The notes below the pieces were generated by a model. The model saw only the letters and a list, made by a program, of their open reading frames with translations, did no database searches and was not told the DNA's origin. Made by a program: the position numbers and the translations under genes. Positions 18,870 to 28,061 of a stretch of 64,000 nt of DNA are shown here, piece by piece; the first letter of the stretch is position 1, and every line of letters starts with the position of its first letter. Origin of the DNA: Phycisphaerae bacterium (lineage in GTDB: Bacteria; Planctomycetota; Phycisphaerae; UBA1845; Fen-1342); NCBI GenBank assembly GCA_050115495.1, contig JASFQK010000006.1, positions 64,001 through 128,000 of the forward strand, written 5' to 3'.

Positions 18870-20354
18870 CTACTCGGGCCCGGCGCTGGCTACTCCGTCC
18901 GCCCCGACCGCTACCGCCTCCTCTTCGCCGGCGTCGCCGTCCGGCGGGCCAGCCTCCGCCGCCGGCCGCTCGCGGAACAGGCGAATCTGCCGCCACGGTC
19001 CGGCCGTCCAGCGCCACCGCATCAGCAGACCCAGGATGATGATGTACACGGCGCACACCACCCACGGCCCCAGCAGGCCGACCCACGGGAGCAACCGGCT
19101 GACTAGCACGCCCCCGCCGACGAAGATGCCCCAGCAGCAGCAGAACACCGCCACCGCCGGCCAGCGCGTGTCGCCCGCCCCGCGCAGGGCGTTCATGTAC
19201 GTGATGCACATGGCGTCGAAAACCTGGAAGACGGCGGCCCCGATCAAGACCAGCACGCCGCGCTCGATCACCGCCGGATTGTCGGACATCAACCACATCA
19301 ACGGATAGCCAGCGCACACGAAGAGCACGCCGATCCCGCCCATGTACCCGCCGGTCAGCCGCATCGCCAGCCGGGCCCGCTCGACGGCACGTTCGGGCTG
19401 CCCCTCGCCGATGGCGAAGCCCACTTGCGAGCACAGGGCAATGCCCAGGCCCACCGCCGGCATGAACGACATGTGCATGTATTGCAGCGCCACGTTGCTG
19501 GCCGCGATGGCGGCCACCCCGTAGGGCGGCACGATCACGACCAGAAAGACCACCCACGAACCGATGTCGATCAGCCATTGCACGGACGTCGGCGCACCAA
19601 TCCGCAGCAGATCCCGCAGCCGGGTCAGGCTCGGCCCCATCGACCGCCGCGTGTTGTACCGCTTGTCGAACCCACCCAGCAGCATCGCCGCGGCGAGCAC
19701 GGTGCTCCGCGCCGCCCAGCCGATGACCGTGGCCAGGGCCGCGCCGGCGATGCCCATCTCGGGGAAGCCGAACTTCCCGAAGATCAGGCAGTAGTTCCCG
19801 GTGGCGTTGACGACCAGCGACAGCACGACCGCGAACAGCGAGATACGCGGCCGCTGGATCCCCAGGAAGAAGCCGTCCAGCCCAACGCTGGCCGCCGTAA
19901 ACGGCACGGACCACACCGCGATCTGCGCGTAGGCGATCTCCAGGCGGGCCATCTCGGGATCGTGCCCGGCCACCGTGGCAATCCAGCCATACCAGATCGG
20001 CGTCGTCGCCGACACCGGCCAGGCCACCAGCGCCGCGAAGGCGGAAACGTACAGAATCTGCCACGCGTACGGACCGGCCTCGCGCGGCTCCCCACGGCCG
20101 TCGGCCTGAGAGACGAACGTCTGCACGGCCTGGCCCACGCCCATGCCCAGGCAGGCGACGGTGAAAACCAGGAGCACGGCCGGCGAAATGGCCGCTTGCG
20201 CGAAGGTCCCCAGTTGCGAGACCATCACGAAATCGATGAAGCCCATCAGCATCCGGGATACCATCATGGCGATGATGGGCATGGCCAGTATCAGCAGCTC
20301 GCGGAGCGGGCTGCCGGCCGGCTTCAGCTTGTCGGGGGCGGATAAGGCAGTCAT
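18870..20354 (-). CDS. MATE family efflux transporter
   Basis: About 12 TM helices; DFVMVSQLG, LIFGKFGFPEMGIAGAALAT and ALRGAGDTRWP motifs. Confidence 0.93.
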   Translation of the reverse strand: MTALSAPDKLKPAGSPLRELLILAMPIIAMMVSRMLMGFIDFVMVSQLGTFAQAAISPAVLLVFTVACLGMGVGQAVQTFVSQADGRGEPREAGPYAWQILYVSAFAALVAWPVSATTPIWYGWIATVAGHDPEMARLEIAYAQIAVWSVPFTAASVGLDGFFLGIQRPRISLFAVVLSLVVNATGNYCLIFGKFGFPEMGIAGAALATVIGWAARSTVLAAAMLLGGFDKRYNTRRSMGPSLTRLRDLLRIGAPTSVQWLIDIGSWVVFLVVIVPPYGVAAIAASNVALQYMHMSFMPAVGLGIALCSQVGFAIGEGQPERAVERARLAMRLTGGYMGGIGVLFVCAGYPLMWLMSDNPAVIERGVLVLIGAAVFQVFDAMCITYMNALRGAGDTRWPAVAVFCCCWGIFVGGGVLVSRLLPWVGLLGPWVVCAVYIIILGLLMRWRWTAGPWRQIRLFRERPAAEAGPPDGDAGEEEAVAVGADGVASAGPE

Positions 20355-20390
20355 GGCTCGCTCATCGCCGGCCGCAGCCGGCTCAACAGC

Positions 20391-20433
20391 AAAAGGAAAG
20401 GACCCTGGGAGTTTCGTACTCGCCAGGGTCCTT
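20391..20433 (-). terminator. Intrinsic terminator in the MATE-ileS leader (attenuator)
   Basis: Minus strand AAGGACCCTGG-CGAGTACGAAACTC-CCAGGGTCCTT followed by TCCTTTT, about 37 nt upstream of the MATE start. Confidence 0.8.
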
Positions 20434-20460
20434 GTCGTCCGAATTCGCTTCTGCGCTGCA

Positions 20461-20532
20461 TCAGGAGGGTGGACAAGGCCCCGGCCGGGTTGCCGGAACG
20501 ATAATCGGGTTGTCCCAGCCGATCGGGGTCAT
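20461..20532 (-). CDS. Putative attenuation leader peptide MTPIGWDNPIIVPATRPGPCPPS (23 aa)
   Basis: GAAGGTG upstream of the ATG; Ile-Ile-Val run; lies between a promoter and a terminator. Confidence 0.6.
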   Translation of the reverse strand: MTPIGWDNPIIVPATRPGPCPPS

Positions 20533-20598
20533 CCACGCACCTTCGCCTGATTGGTTGCTCGCACGCGCACCTACTGCACCTGCGGAGCGTAAACGAGT

Positions 20599-20627
20599 AT
20601 TATGCCGCCTGCCTCCCGGCTCGTCAA
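20599..20627 (-). promoter_or_regulatory. Sigma70-like promoter of the leader-MATE-ileS transcript
   Basis: TTGACG (20627-20622), N17, CATAAT (20604-20599). Confidence 0.65.
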
Positions 20628-20746
20628 GCAAACCGGGCGGCCCCGCGGGTTCGAACATTCGCTGCCTCTTGTAAGCGCTCGCGGCGTAAACTTAATGTGG
20701 GGCCGGCCGCCCGGGCAAACCGGGACCGGCCGGGAAACGTAGAGGG

Positions 20747-23185
20747 ATGCGGGAGACCATGAGGTACTGGACCGGACTGACGCTACTGCTGGGCTTGCTG
20801 AGCGGCGCGACCGTGCGCGCCCAACCGGTGACCGGCACCGTCACCGAGATCGGCTTCCGCGCCGCCAACACGAACATGGCCAGCGCCGTGGCTCGCTCGG
20901 GCCAATGGATCCCCATCCAGGTCCAGCTCCAGGTGCAGGGCAGCCAGCCCTTCGAGGGCGTGCTGCAATTCGAAGCCCCCGACATCGACGGGGACCTCGT
21001 CTCCTACGAAGCCCCGGTGACGGTCAACCCCGAGGCCAATCGGCGAGCCTGGTGCTACGCCATCTGGCTCAGCGACGCCTTCAGCAGCGGGGCGATGCCC
21101 ATGCTCGACGTGGTCAGCAGCGACGGTCTGCTGATCAACCGCCTGACCGTGCCTCAGGTCGAGCTGATCCGCGATGACACGATGCTGATCCTCGACGTCA
21201 GCGCCAACCGTCTCACCCAGCTCCGCGGCCAACTGGAGACCCCCGCCTGGGACCCGGGCTATCCCGGCTATGGCAAGCGACCCTACTACCGGGACATCGT
21301 CGTGGCGGCCATGCCGGCCACCGACCTCCCGGACCGCTGGTTCGGTCTCGAAGCAATCGACGTCATCATCTGGGACCGCCCCGACCCGCAGCGCGTCAGC
21401 ATCCCGCAGATCAAGGCCCTGCGCCGCTGGATCGAGGATGGCGGGCGGCTCATCGTCGGCCTCGGCGATAGCTGGCCCAACCTCGCCGGCAGCGAGCTCG
21501 CCGACCTGCTCCCGGTGCAGCCGATCGCCGCTGGCGGCGGACAGCGCACTACGCGCGAAGTGCGGCAGTTGGACGGCTTCTTCGGCCACTTCGTGCAGGA
21601 CATCTATCAGCGCGAAACGCCGGCGAGATCCCGGACGTTTAAGGAGGACGTCAGCATCGCCATGGTCGAGGCCCGGCCCGGCGCCCTGCGGGCCGTTCGC
21701 ACACTGATGGCCGAGGGCGACGTGACCGATCTGCTCACCGCCCACTGGCTCGGCTCCGGCCGCGTAGTGGCCGTGGCGGCCAGCCTCGGCGATCTGCTCT
21801 CCGTGCCAGTCAACGAGTCCTTCTACGCCCGGCTGTTCGACCTCAACCCGACCACCGACAACTTCCGCAAGAGCGAAAGCGAGTCGATCCAGTTCACGCT
21901 GGGCACCGGCGCCCGCGAGCTCTACGGCTCGATCGTCAGCCCGACCAGCAAGACCGGCTGGTCCAGCGTGCTCGTCCTCGCCGCGTTCGCCTTCGTCGTG
22001 GCTTACGTCGGCGTGGCCACGCTGGCCACCTGGTTCTGGCTCGACCGCTACAAGCTCCGCCAACTGAGCTGGACCGTCTTCGCCGTCTTCGCCATCGTCG
22101 CCAGCCTGCTCAGCCTGGGCACGGTCGGCGTGCTCCGCGGCGTTTCCCGCGGCGTGGACATGTTCAGCTTCATCGACCTCGAGGCCGGTGCCAGCCAGGC
22201 CCGCGCCCGCTGCTACTTCGGCTATAGCAGCCCCAGCCGCCTGCCGCTCGATCTCGCCCTGACGACCGAGAGCGGCTTCCTCCGACCGTTGACCCGCGGC
22301 CCGGGCAACTCCAGCGAATACGCCACACCTGCTCGCTACAGCGCCCAGCCCGCCCAGCGCCGACTGGTGGACGCGCCCCGCCGGGCCACCCTCAAGCAGT
22401 TCGAGGGCTCCTGGACGGGCGAGCTCACCGGCAACGTGCGGGCCCAGTTGGTCGCCGACCGCCGAACCGGCCAGATCACCGCCGGCAGTTGGCTGCAAAA
22501 CGACCTGTACATCGACTTCACCGGCGGCTACCTGCTGTACCTCGATCCCCGCTTGCGCGATCCGGAGTACAACGCCGCCGGCCAGACCGCGAATTACTGG
22601 GGGCGCAAGGTGCCGCCGGGCATGAACGTGCTGGCGTTGCGCGTGCCGCCCCTGCGTGCCGGCGCGAAGCTCCAGAGCATCGGTGCCGAGCAATACGCCT
22701 GGACGCAGAATGAACAGCAGCGCTGGCAGGGCCGCGGTGGCGGCAAACCCGAGGACATGCCCGACCTGCCGACGTTATGGCAGGAGCAGCAGGGCTGGGC
22801 CGGCGTACCCATCCGGGCCTTCACGAAGTCGCGCCACGGCCTGGACCACGTGGCCACCGCCGCTCTGCTGGCCTCCACGCGCAACTTCTACCTCCACTGC
22901 CAGGAGGATTTCGACAAGGCCTCCAGTGCCCCCCTGAACATCGAGGGGCTGATGGGCTGCGACGTGTCGTCCTGGCTCGCCGAGGGACGCGTCAAGGCAA
23001 TCGACAGCCGGCAGGACGACGCCCTGGTCGGCCAGGCCGTGTTGCTGCTGATGGCGGATGACCCCGGGCCCGCGCGGCTGCTGGGCGGGAAGAATGAGTT
23101 GGGTCCCGTGCACGGACGAAGTTTGTACCGGCTGCGCGTGCCGCTCGCCCTCGAGGGTGCGCCGCCGCGGGGGCTTGAACCATGA
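20747..23185 (+). CDS. ABC-system-associated membrane protein with GATase1-like domain
   Basis: Signal peptide; LPDRWFGLEAIDVIIWD...ALRRWIEDGGRLIV; two internal TM helices; ATGA overlap with the ABC ATPase. Confidence 0.75.
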   Translation: MRETMRYWTGLTLLLGLLSGATVRAQPVTGTVTEIGFRAANTNMASAVARSGQWIPIQVQLQVQGSQPFEGVLQFEAPDIDGDLVSYEAPVTVNPEANRRAWCYAIWLSDAFSSGAMPMLDVVSSDGLLINRLTVPQVELIRDDTMLILDVSANRLTQLRGQLETPAWDPGYPGYGKRPYYRDIVVAAMPATDLPDRWFGLEAIDVIIWDRPDPQRVSIPQIKALRRWIEDGGRLIVGLGDSWPNLAGSELADLLPVQPIAAGGGQRTTREVRQLDGFFGHFVQDIYQRETPARSRTFKEDVSIAMVEARPGALRAVRTLMAEGDVTDLLTAHWLGSGRVVAVAASLGDLLSVPVNESFYARLFDLNPTTDNFRKSESESIQFTLGTGARELYGSIVSPTSKTGWSSVLVLAAFAFVVAYVGVATLATWFWLDRYKLRQLSWTVFAVFAIVASLLSLGTVGVLRGVSRGVDMFSFIDLEAGASQARARCYFGYSSPSRLPLDLALTTESGFLRPLTRGPGNSSEYATPARYSAQPAQRRLVDAPRRATLKQFEGSWTGELTGNVRAQLVADRRTGQITAGSWLQNDLYIDFTGGYLLYLDPRLRDPEYNAAGQTANYWGRKVPPGMNVLALRVPPLRAGAKLQSIGAEQYAWTQNEQQRWQGRGGGKPEDMPDLPTLWQEQQGWAGVPIRAFTKSRHGLDHVATAALLASTRNFYLHCQEDFDKASSAPLNIEGLMGCDVSSWLAEGRVKAIDSRQDDALVGQAVLLLMADDPGPARLLGGKNELGPVHGRSLYRLRVPLALEGAPPRGLEP

Positions 23186-24111
23186 TCATCCAGACAATCA
23201 ACCTGACCAAGCGATACGGCAAGCTGGTGGCCCTAAACAACCTGCACCTCAACATCGAGGAAGGTGAGTGCTTCGGCTACATCGGGCCGAACGGGGCGGG
23301 CAAAACGACGACGATCCGCATCCTGGCCACGCTGCTCCAGCCGACCTGGGGCGAAGCGCGGGTCTGCGGGCACGTGGTCGGCTATGAATCACGCAAGATC
23401 CGCCCGATGATCGGCTACGTCCCCGACTTCTTCGGCGCCTACGAGGACATGGTCGTTCAGGAATACCTCGAGTTCTTCGCCGCCGCCTACGGCATCGCCG
23501 GCAAGAAGCGGACGCAGATCGTCGGCGACGTGCTCGAGCTGACCGACCTGAGCTACAAGCGGGACGGCCTGGTGGATTCGCTCTCCCGCGGCATGAAACA
23601 GCGGCTGAGCATCGCCCGCGTCCTGCTGCACGACCCGCAGGTGTTGCTGCTCGACGAGCCGGCCAGCGGTCTCGACCCGCGGGCCCGCATCGAGATCCGC
23701 GAATTGCTCAAAGAGCTGCACCGCATGGGCAAGACCATTCTGATCAGCTCCCACATCCTGCCGGAGCTCGCCGACCTGTGCACGACGATCGGCATCCTCG
23801 AGCAGGGCGAGATGATCTACCAGGGCTCGGTCGCCGAGGCCCTGCGCCGGGCCCGCGTGGGCAGCGTGGTCCACGTCGTCACCCCCGACGACCAGGAGCG
23901 TGCCCGCCAGGTCCTGGAGAAGCTCCCCGGCGTGCAGGCCGTCCACGTCCGCAACGGCCAGGTCGTCCTGAATCTCGACGCCGACACGGCGGACTTCAGC
24001 TTCATCGCCCAGGCCATGCTCCAGAGCAACCTGCGCATCAGCGAAATCAAGCAGGAAGAAGTAAACCTCGAAACAGCGTTCATGCGACTGACGAAGGGCA
24101 TCGTCCAATAG
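23182..24111 (+). CDS. ABC transporter ATP-binding protein (ABC-2 type)
   Basis: GPNGAGKTT, LSRGMKQR, LLLDEP, SSHIL. Confidence 0.96.
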   Translation: MIIQTINLTKRYGKLVALNNLHLNIEEGECFGYIGPNGAGKTTTIRILATLLQPTWGEARVCGHVVGYESRKIRPMIGYVPDFFGAYEDMVVQEYLEFFAAAYGIAGKKRTQIVGDVLELTDLSYKRDGLVDSLSRGMKQRLSIARVLLHDPQVLLLDEPASGLDPRARIEIRELLKELHRMGKTILISSHILPELADLCTTIGILEQGEMIYQGSVAEALRRARVGSVVHVVTPDDQERARQVLEKLPGVQAVHVRNGQVVLNLDADTADFSFIAQAMLQSNLRISEIKQEEVNLETAFMRLTKGIVQ

Positions 24112-24129
24112 AGGGGCGCGCACGCGACA

Positions 24130-25989
24130 ATGGGTATTCTGCGCGATATTGCGAAGTGGCTTTGGCGGCTCCTGCCCGGTAACCCGATCCTCGTTCGCGT
24201 TGTCGCCATGGGCAGCAAGCGCACGCGGCACCTCTGGGCGCGGCTGATCTACCTCGTCGCCCTGTTCGTCGTCCTGCTCGTGGCCGGCACCGGCATGCTG
24301 CAAAGCGCCCAGGGCCGCTCGCTCGCCGAATTGGCCAAGAACTCCACCCAGACCTTCATCTGGGTCAGCCTCGTGCAGCTCTTCCTGATGTGCTTCATCG
24401 CCCCGGTCTTCTGCGCCGGCGCCATCACGCAGGAGAAAGACGCCAACACATTCCACATCCTGCTCACCACGCCAATGACCAACGGGCAGATCGTCCTCGG
24501 CTCGCTGCTCAGCCGCATCTACTTCGTCTGGGTGCTCCTGCTGGCCGGCCTGCCCATCTTCTGTATTACCATGATCTACGGCGGCGTCACCACCTCCGAG
24601 ATCTTCCAGAGCTTCGGCCTCGCCGCCTGCACCGGTCTGCTCACCGGCTCCATCGCCATCACCATCAGCTTCCTGCGCATCGGCACCCGGCGGACCATCT
24701 TCGCCTTCTTCGCCGGCATTGCCGTCTACCTCCTGGCCCTGGCCGCCATCGGCCTGAGCCCTTACGGCCAACTAACCGAAGGAACGCCCGGCACGAACTT
24801 CCTCGGCACCGGCCTCCAGCGCCGAATGAGCTGGCTGGCCCCCGTGCACCCGTTCCTCGCCCTCTTCGCCGTCACCGGGCAGACCCCCGCGCCGTCCGCC
24901 GCCGACGTCTACCACTACGGCTGGCCCTGGCGCTGGCTGCTGGCCCAGCCGCAATACGGCTACATGGCGGTCACCACGCTCGCCTCGATCATCATGGTCG
25001 TCCTCAGCCTCGTCTTCGTCCGCGGCGGCGCCCGCGAAGGCGAAACGACCTTCTTCACCCGCATCCGCGACTTCTTCGTCCGCCGCCGCAACGGCGGCGA
25101 GCTGCGCCGCCGTCCGCGCCGCGTCTGGCACAACCCGATCGCCTGGCGCGAGGCCGCCACCCGGGCCTCGGCCGGCGGCCAATCGCTGGTCCGCTGGGTC
25201 TTCATCATCGGCGGCACGGCCATGGGCGTCGTCCTGGCCATCGCCCATTACTGGAGCTGGGCCCCCTTCACCGCCACCAACCCCACCACCGCCCGCGAGT
25301 GGCTCACCGTCCTCGTCTGGATCGAATTGGCCGTGGTCCTGTTGGTCGTGACCAACACGGCGGCCACCACGCTCACGCGCGAGAAAGAGTCGCTCACCAT
25401 CGAGCTCCTCCTCTCCACGCCGCTGACGAGCCAGTACATCATCGCCGGCATGCTGCGCGGCCTGGTGAGCTTCGCCCTGCCGCTGATCGCCGTACCGACC
25501 GCCACGCTGACGATCTTCGCCGTGAGCGGACTGATAACGACGGGCCGTTACCCGGAAGTGATCACACCGGAATCCTGCCTACTGGCCCCGCTGCTGATGG
25601 TGGCTTACACCGCGATGGCGGCCATGGTGGGCCTGCAATTCTCGCTGATGTCGAAGAAGACGGTGCAAGCCGTGATGAGCAGCACCGCGGTCGTCATGGG
25701 CGCCGCGGGCCTGCTGTGGGCCTGCGGGCTGGCGATCATGCAGGCCGGCCCCGTCACCGCCGCCGTCATTCTGCCCTTCACGCCCTTCCCGGCGATGCTG
25801 ACCCTGACCGATTTCGAGCGTGCCTTCGACCCCCTCAGCCAGGCCAGCACGCACGTGCTCGCCTCGGCCCGCGTGACGCGCGTGCTCTTCAGCCTAGCCT
25901 CAGCCGGCGTCTACCTGGCCATCACGTACGCTGTGTACAAGAGCATGGTGCGCGGCTTCGACATGACCGTCCGCCGCCAGTCGGCGTAG
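24130..25989 (+). CDS. ABC-2 type permease with two repeated membrane domains
   Basis: AGAITQEKDANTFHILLTTP and ATTLTREKESLTIELLLSTP repeats; many TM helices. Confidence 0.9.
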   Translation: MGILRDIAKWLWRLLPGNPILVRVVAMGSKRTRHLWARLIYLVALFVVLLVAGTGMLQSAQGRSLAELAKNSTQTFIWVSLVQLFLMCFIAPVFCAGAITQEKDANTFHILLTTPMTNGQIVLGSLLSRIYFVWVLLLAGLPIFCITMIYGGVTTSEIFQSFGLAACTGLLTGSIAITISFLRIGTRRTIFAFFAGIAVYLLALAAIGLSPYGQLTEGTPGTNFLGTGLQRRMSWLAPVHPFLALFAVTGQTPAPSAADVYHYGWPWRWLLAQPQYGYMAVTTLASIIMVVLSLVFVRGGAREGETTFFTRIRDFFVRRRNGGELRRRPRRVWHNPIAWREAATRASAGGQSLVRWVFIIGGTAMGVVLAIAHYWSWAPFTATNPTTAREWLTVLVWIELAVVLLVVTNTAATTLTREKESLTIELLLSTPLTSQYIIAGMLRGLVSFALPLIAVPTATLTIFAVSGLITTGRYPEVITPESCLLAPLLMVAYTAMAAMVGLQFSLMSKKTVQAVMSSTAVVMGAAGLLWACGLAIMQAGPVTAAVILPFTPFPAMLTLTDFERAFDPLSQASTHVLASARVTRVLFSLASAGVYLAITYAVYKSMVRGFDMTVRRQSA

Positions 25990-26002
25990 CGCCGGCGCAG
26001 CG

Positions 26003-26608
26003 TCAGCGCATCGGGTAGCGGAACACACCGTCGCGGACGGCCGTGGTCATCTTCGCCGACTGGATCCGGTCGCGCGTGCCCGCCGCCTCCCACTGCTCGA
26101 CACCACCGAGCGTGTTGAAGTAGAAGAAGCGCAGCGTCCACGTCTGGCCATCCTCGGCGACGACCAGCTCCGGATCCTCGCAGTTCTTGGCGAAGGCGGC
26201 GCGCTCCGCCGGCGTGTCGCGCTTCAGCCACGACGGCAGGTAGGGCGTGTGCTTGTCCAGGAACGCCTGACAGCCGACATAGCCCCGCGGCTCGACGGTC
26301 AGCTTGCGGATCGCCTCGGCCAGCTCCGTCGCCGACACGCACATCGGCAGCGGCCCCGCCTGCTCCAACAGCAGCAGCGAGAGCGCGCGGAACTCGTCCC
26401 CGCCATTCAGCCGCCGGGGCTCGGCACCGGAAATGACCCAGAACAGCGCCGGTCGAAAATCGACCGTCCGCGCCCAGATGATCTCCCCAAACTTGATCCA
26501 GGGGAACGCGCTCTCGATCCCCGCAAAGATGAGCTCTTCCGCGGGCAGGCCCAGCGCCTGGGCGGCCTGCTCGGTCACCAGCTTCGTGCTGTCCACCTGG
26601 TCGGGCAT
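26003..26608 (-). CDS. Hypothetical protein, candidate immunity protein for the PAAR-peptidase
   Basis: 201-aa ORF directly downstream of the PAAR effector; last gene of the vgrG run. The role is inferred from position only. Confidence 0.6.
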   Translation of the reverse strand: MPDQVDSTKLVTEQAAQALGLPAEELIFAGIESAFPWIKFGEIIWARTVDFRPALFWVISGAEPRRLNGGDEFRALSLLLLEQAGPLPMCVSATELAEAIRKLTVEPRGYVGCQAFLDKHTPYLPSWLKRDTPAERAAFAKNCEDPELVVAEDGQTWTLRFFYFNTLGGVEQWEAAGTRDRIQSAKMTTAVRDGVFRYPMR

Positions 26609-26696
26609 GTCGTCTTCCCGCCGGCACCGCCGGCTGACTCAGGGAGCGGCGTCACCGCTGCTCAGGAAACGGAATCCTCTCTGCGCCGCACCGCGA

Positions 26697-28019
26697 TCAT
26701 TCCGGGAACGAGATCATCACCGGGTTGGCCCCGGCCGCGGCCACGCGGTTGTTCCATTCAGCGGAGTTCGTATTGATTTCGCGGCAGCCACCGCGGCCCG
26801 GTATGCCCGGATCGCGAAGCAGCACCGACTGTGAGCCGTCCCGGTTGTCGCGCACGCCGTCGGCAATCACCCAGTGCCCTGGATTGCCCAGGCCGATCAT
26901 GGCCGACCGGCCGCCGCTGGTGGCGTTGCGGATGTCCTCCACGCTCGGATTGTACTGCAACCCGTTGTTGGCCACGCCGTGATCGTTAAGCATCGTCACC
27001 ACGTCGCCATCGTTCGTACCGTTGACCGGGTCGTAGCCGGGCGGATGGCCGCGCGCCGCTGACTCGTTACGCAGCGTCTCTTCACTCACCTCGGTACCCG
27101 TTCGGTCGCGGATGATCATGCTGGTGGTCGCCTGGGCACAGGACATGCCCCGTTCCTGCTGTCGCAGCACGTGGCCGTGGCAGCGCCCCCGGAAGTAGCG
27201 ATAGGCGGCGTAGACCGCCCCCGCCACGAGGCCCGCACCAATGATGGCGAGCCCCACACCGAAGCCACGCCCGTCCTGCTCACCAGCAGCGCCGGCTGCG
27301 GCCCCCTGACTGGCGGCAGCGCCTGCGGCGCCACCACCGGCACCGCCCCCTCCTCCACCGCCCCCGCCGCCGGAGTCGCCGATGTCCACCGTCGCACAAC
27401 CCATCGTAATCGGGTCGGCCCCGCCGCAGGCTTCCATGACCTTGTCGCCCTGCCGTGCAGCCGGCAGCTTGTTGATGAAGACGGAGCTGCTGCCCTGCGT
27501 AACCATGCCGGGTCCGTGCGGCGGAATGGGCACCGGGACCGGGCAGACGTGCATGTCGGCGAGGGCGCCAATGGCGGTCATGGTGGCGATGGCCGCCGTC
27601 GCCGCGACCGCCTTGATCCCCTCGGTATAGGCGTTGTTGGCAGCCGGCTGGCCCCCGGGAACCGCCGATGCGGAAGTCCAGGCGGTGGTCAGCGCAGTGT
27701 TGGTGGAGTTGATCACGGTTGCCTGAGCACTGGCCATGTCGGCTGCCGTCGGTACTCCGGCCGCCGCCGCCACCACCCCGCCCATAACCAGACACGCCGA
27801 GATCTGGGCGACATTCACCGCCGCATTCGCCGGCGTCATCACCGGCGTCTTCATGAACGAGTCCATCGAGTTCGTAATGCCCTCGACCGCGGTCCCCACC
27901 GACGACGGTAGCGCCCGCCAGGCCGGCATGAAGCCGATCGTCACGTCCAGGCTGCCCGGACCAGGATTCAGCGGTGTACCATGACTCGTCGGGTCCGTGA
28001 CACGAGCTGCGAAAGGCAT
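26697..28019 (-). CDS. PAAR-domain protein with TM segment and C-terminal C39-like (papain-fold) peptidase
   Basis: FAARVTDPTSHG...PAWR...GSSSVFINKLPAARQGD; Gly linker; GLAIIGAGLVAGAVYAAY; QQERGMSC, GHWVIADG, LRDPG triad pattern. Confidence 0.85.
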   Translation of the reverse strand: MPFAARVTDPTSHGTPLNPGPGSLDVTIGFMPAWRALPSSVGTAVEGITNSMDSFMKTPVMTPANAAVNVAQISACLVMGGVVAAAAGVPTAADMASAQATVINSTNTALTTAWTSASAVPGGQPAANNAYTEGIKAVAATAAIATMTAIGALADMHVCPVPVPIPPHGPGMVTQGSSSVFINKLPAARQGDKVMEACGGADPITMGCATVDIGDSGGGGGGGGGGAGGGAAGAAASQGAAAGAAGEQDGRGFGVGLAIIGAGLVAGAVYAAYRYFRGRCHGHVLRQQERGMSCAQATTSMIIRDRTGTEVSEETLRNESAARGHPPGYDPVNGTNDGDVVTMLNDHGVANNGLQYNPSVEDIRNATSGGRSAMIGLGNPGHWVIADGVRDNRDGSQSVLLRDPGIPGRGGCREINTNSAEWNNRVAAAGANPVMISFPE

Positions 28020-28061
28020 GACGGTAACACTCCTCGGCGGGCGAGCCACCCGCCAGCGATA

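Noticed and set aside
20355..20600. T-box riboswitch upstream of MATE-ileS
   Set aside because: No GGTGGNACCGCG T-box motif; leader-peptide attenuation fits better.
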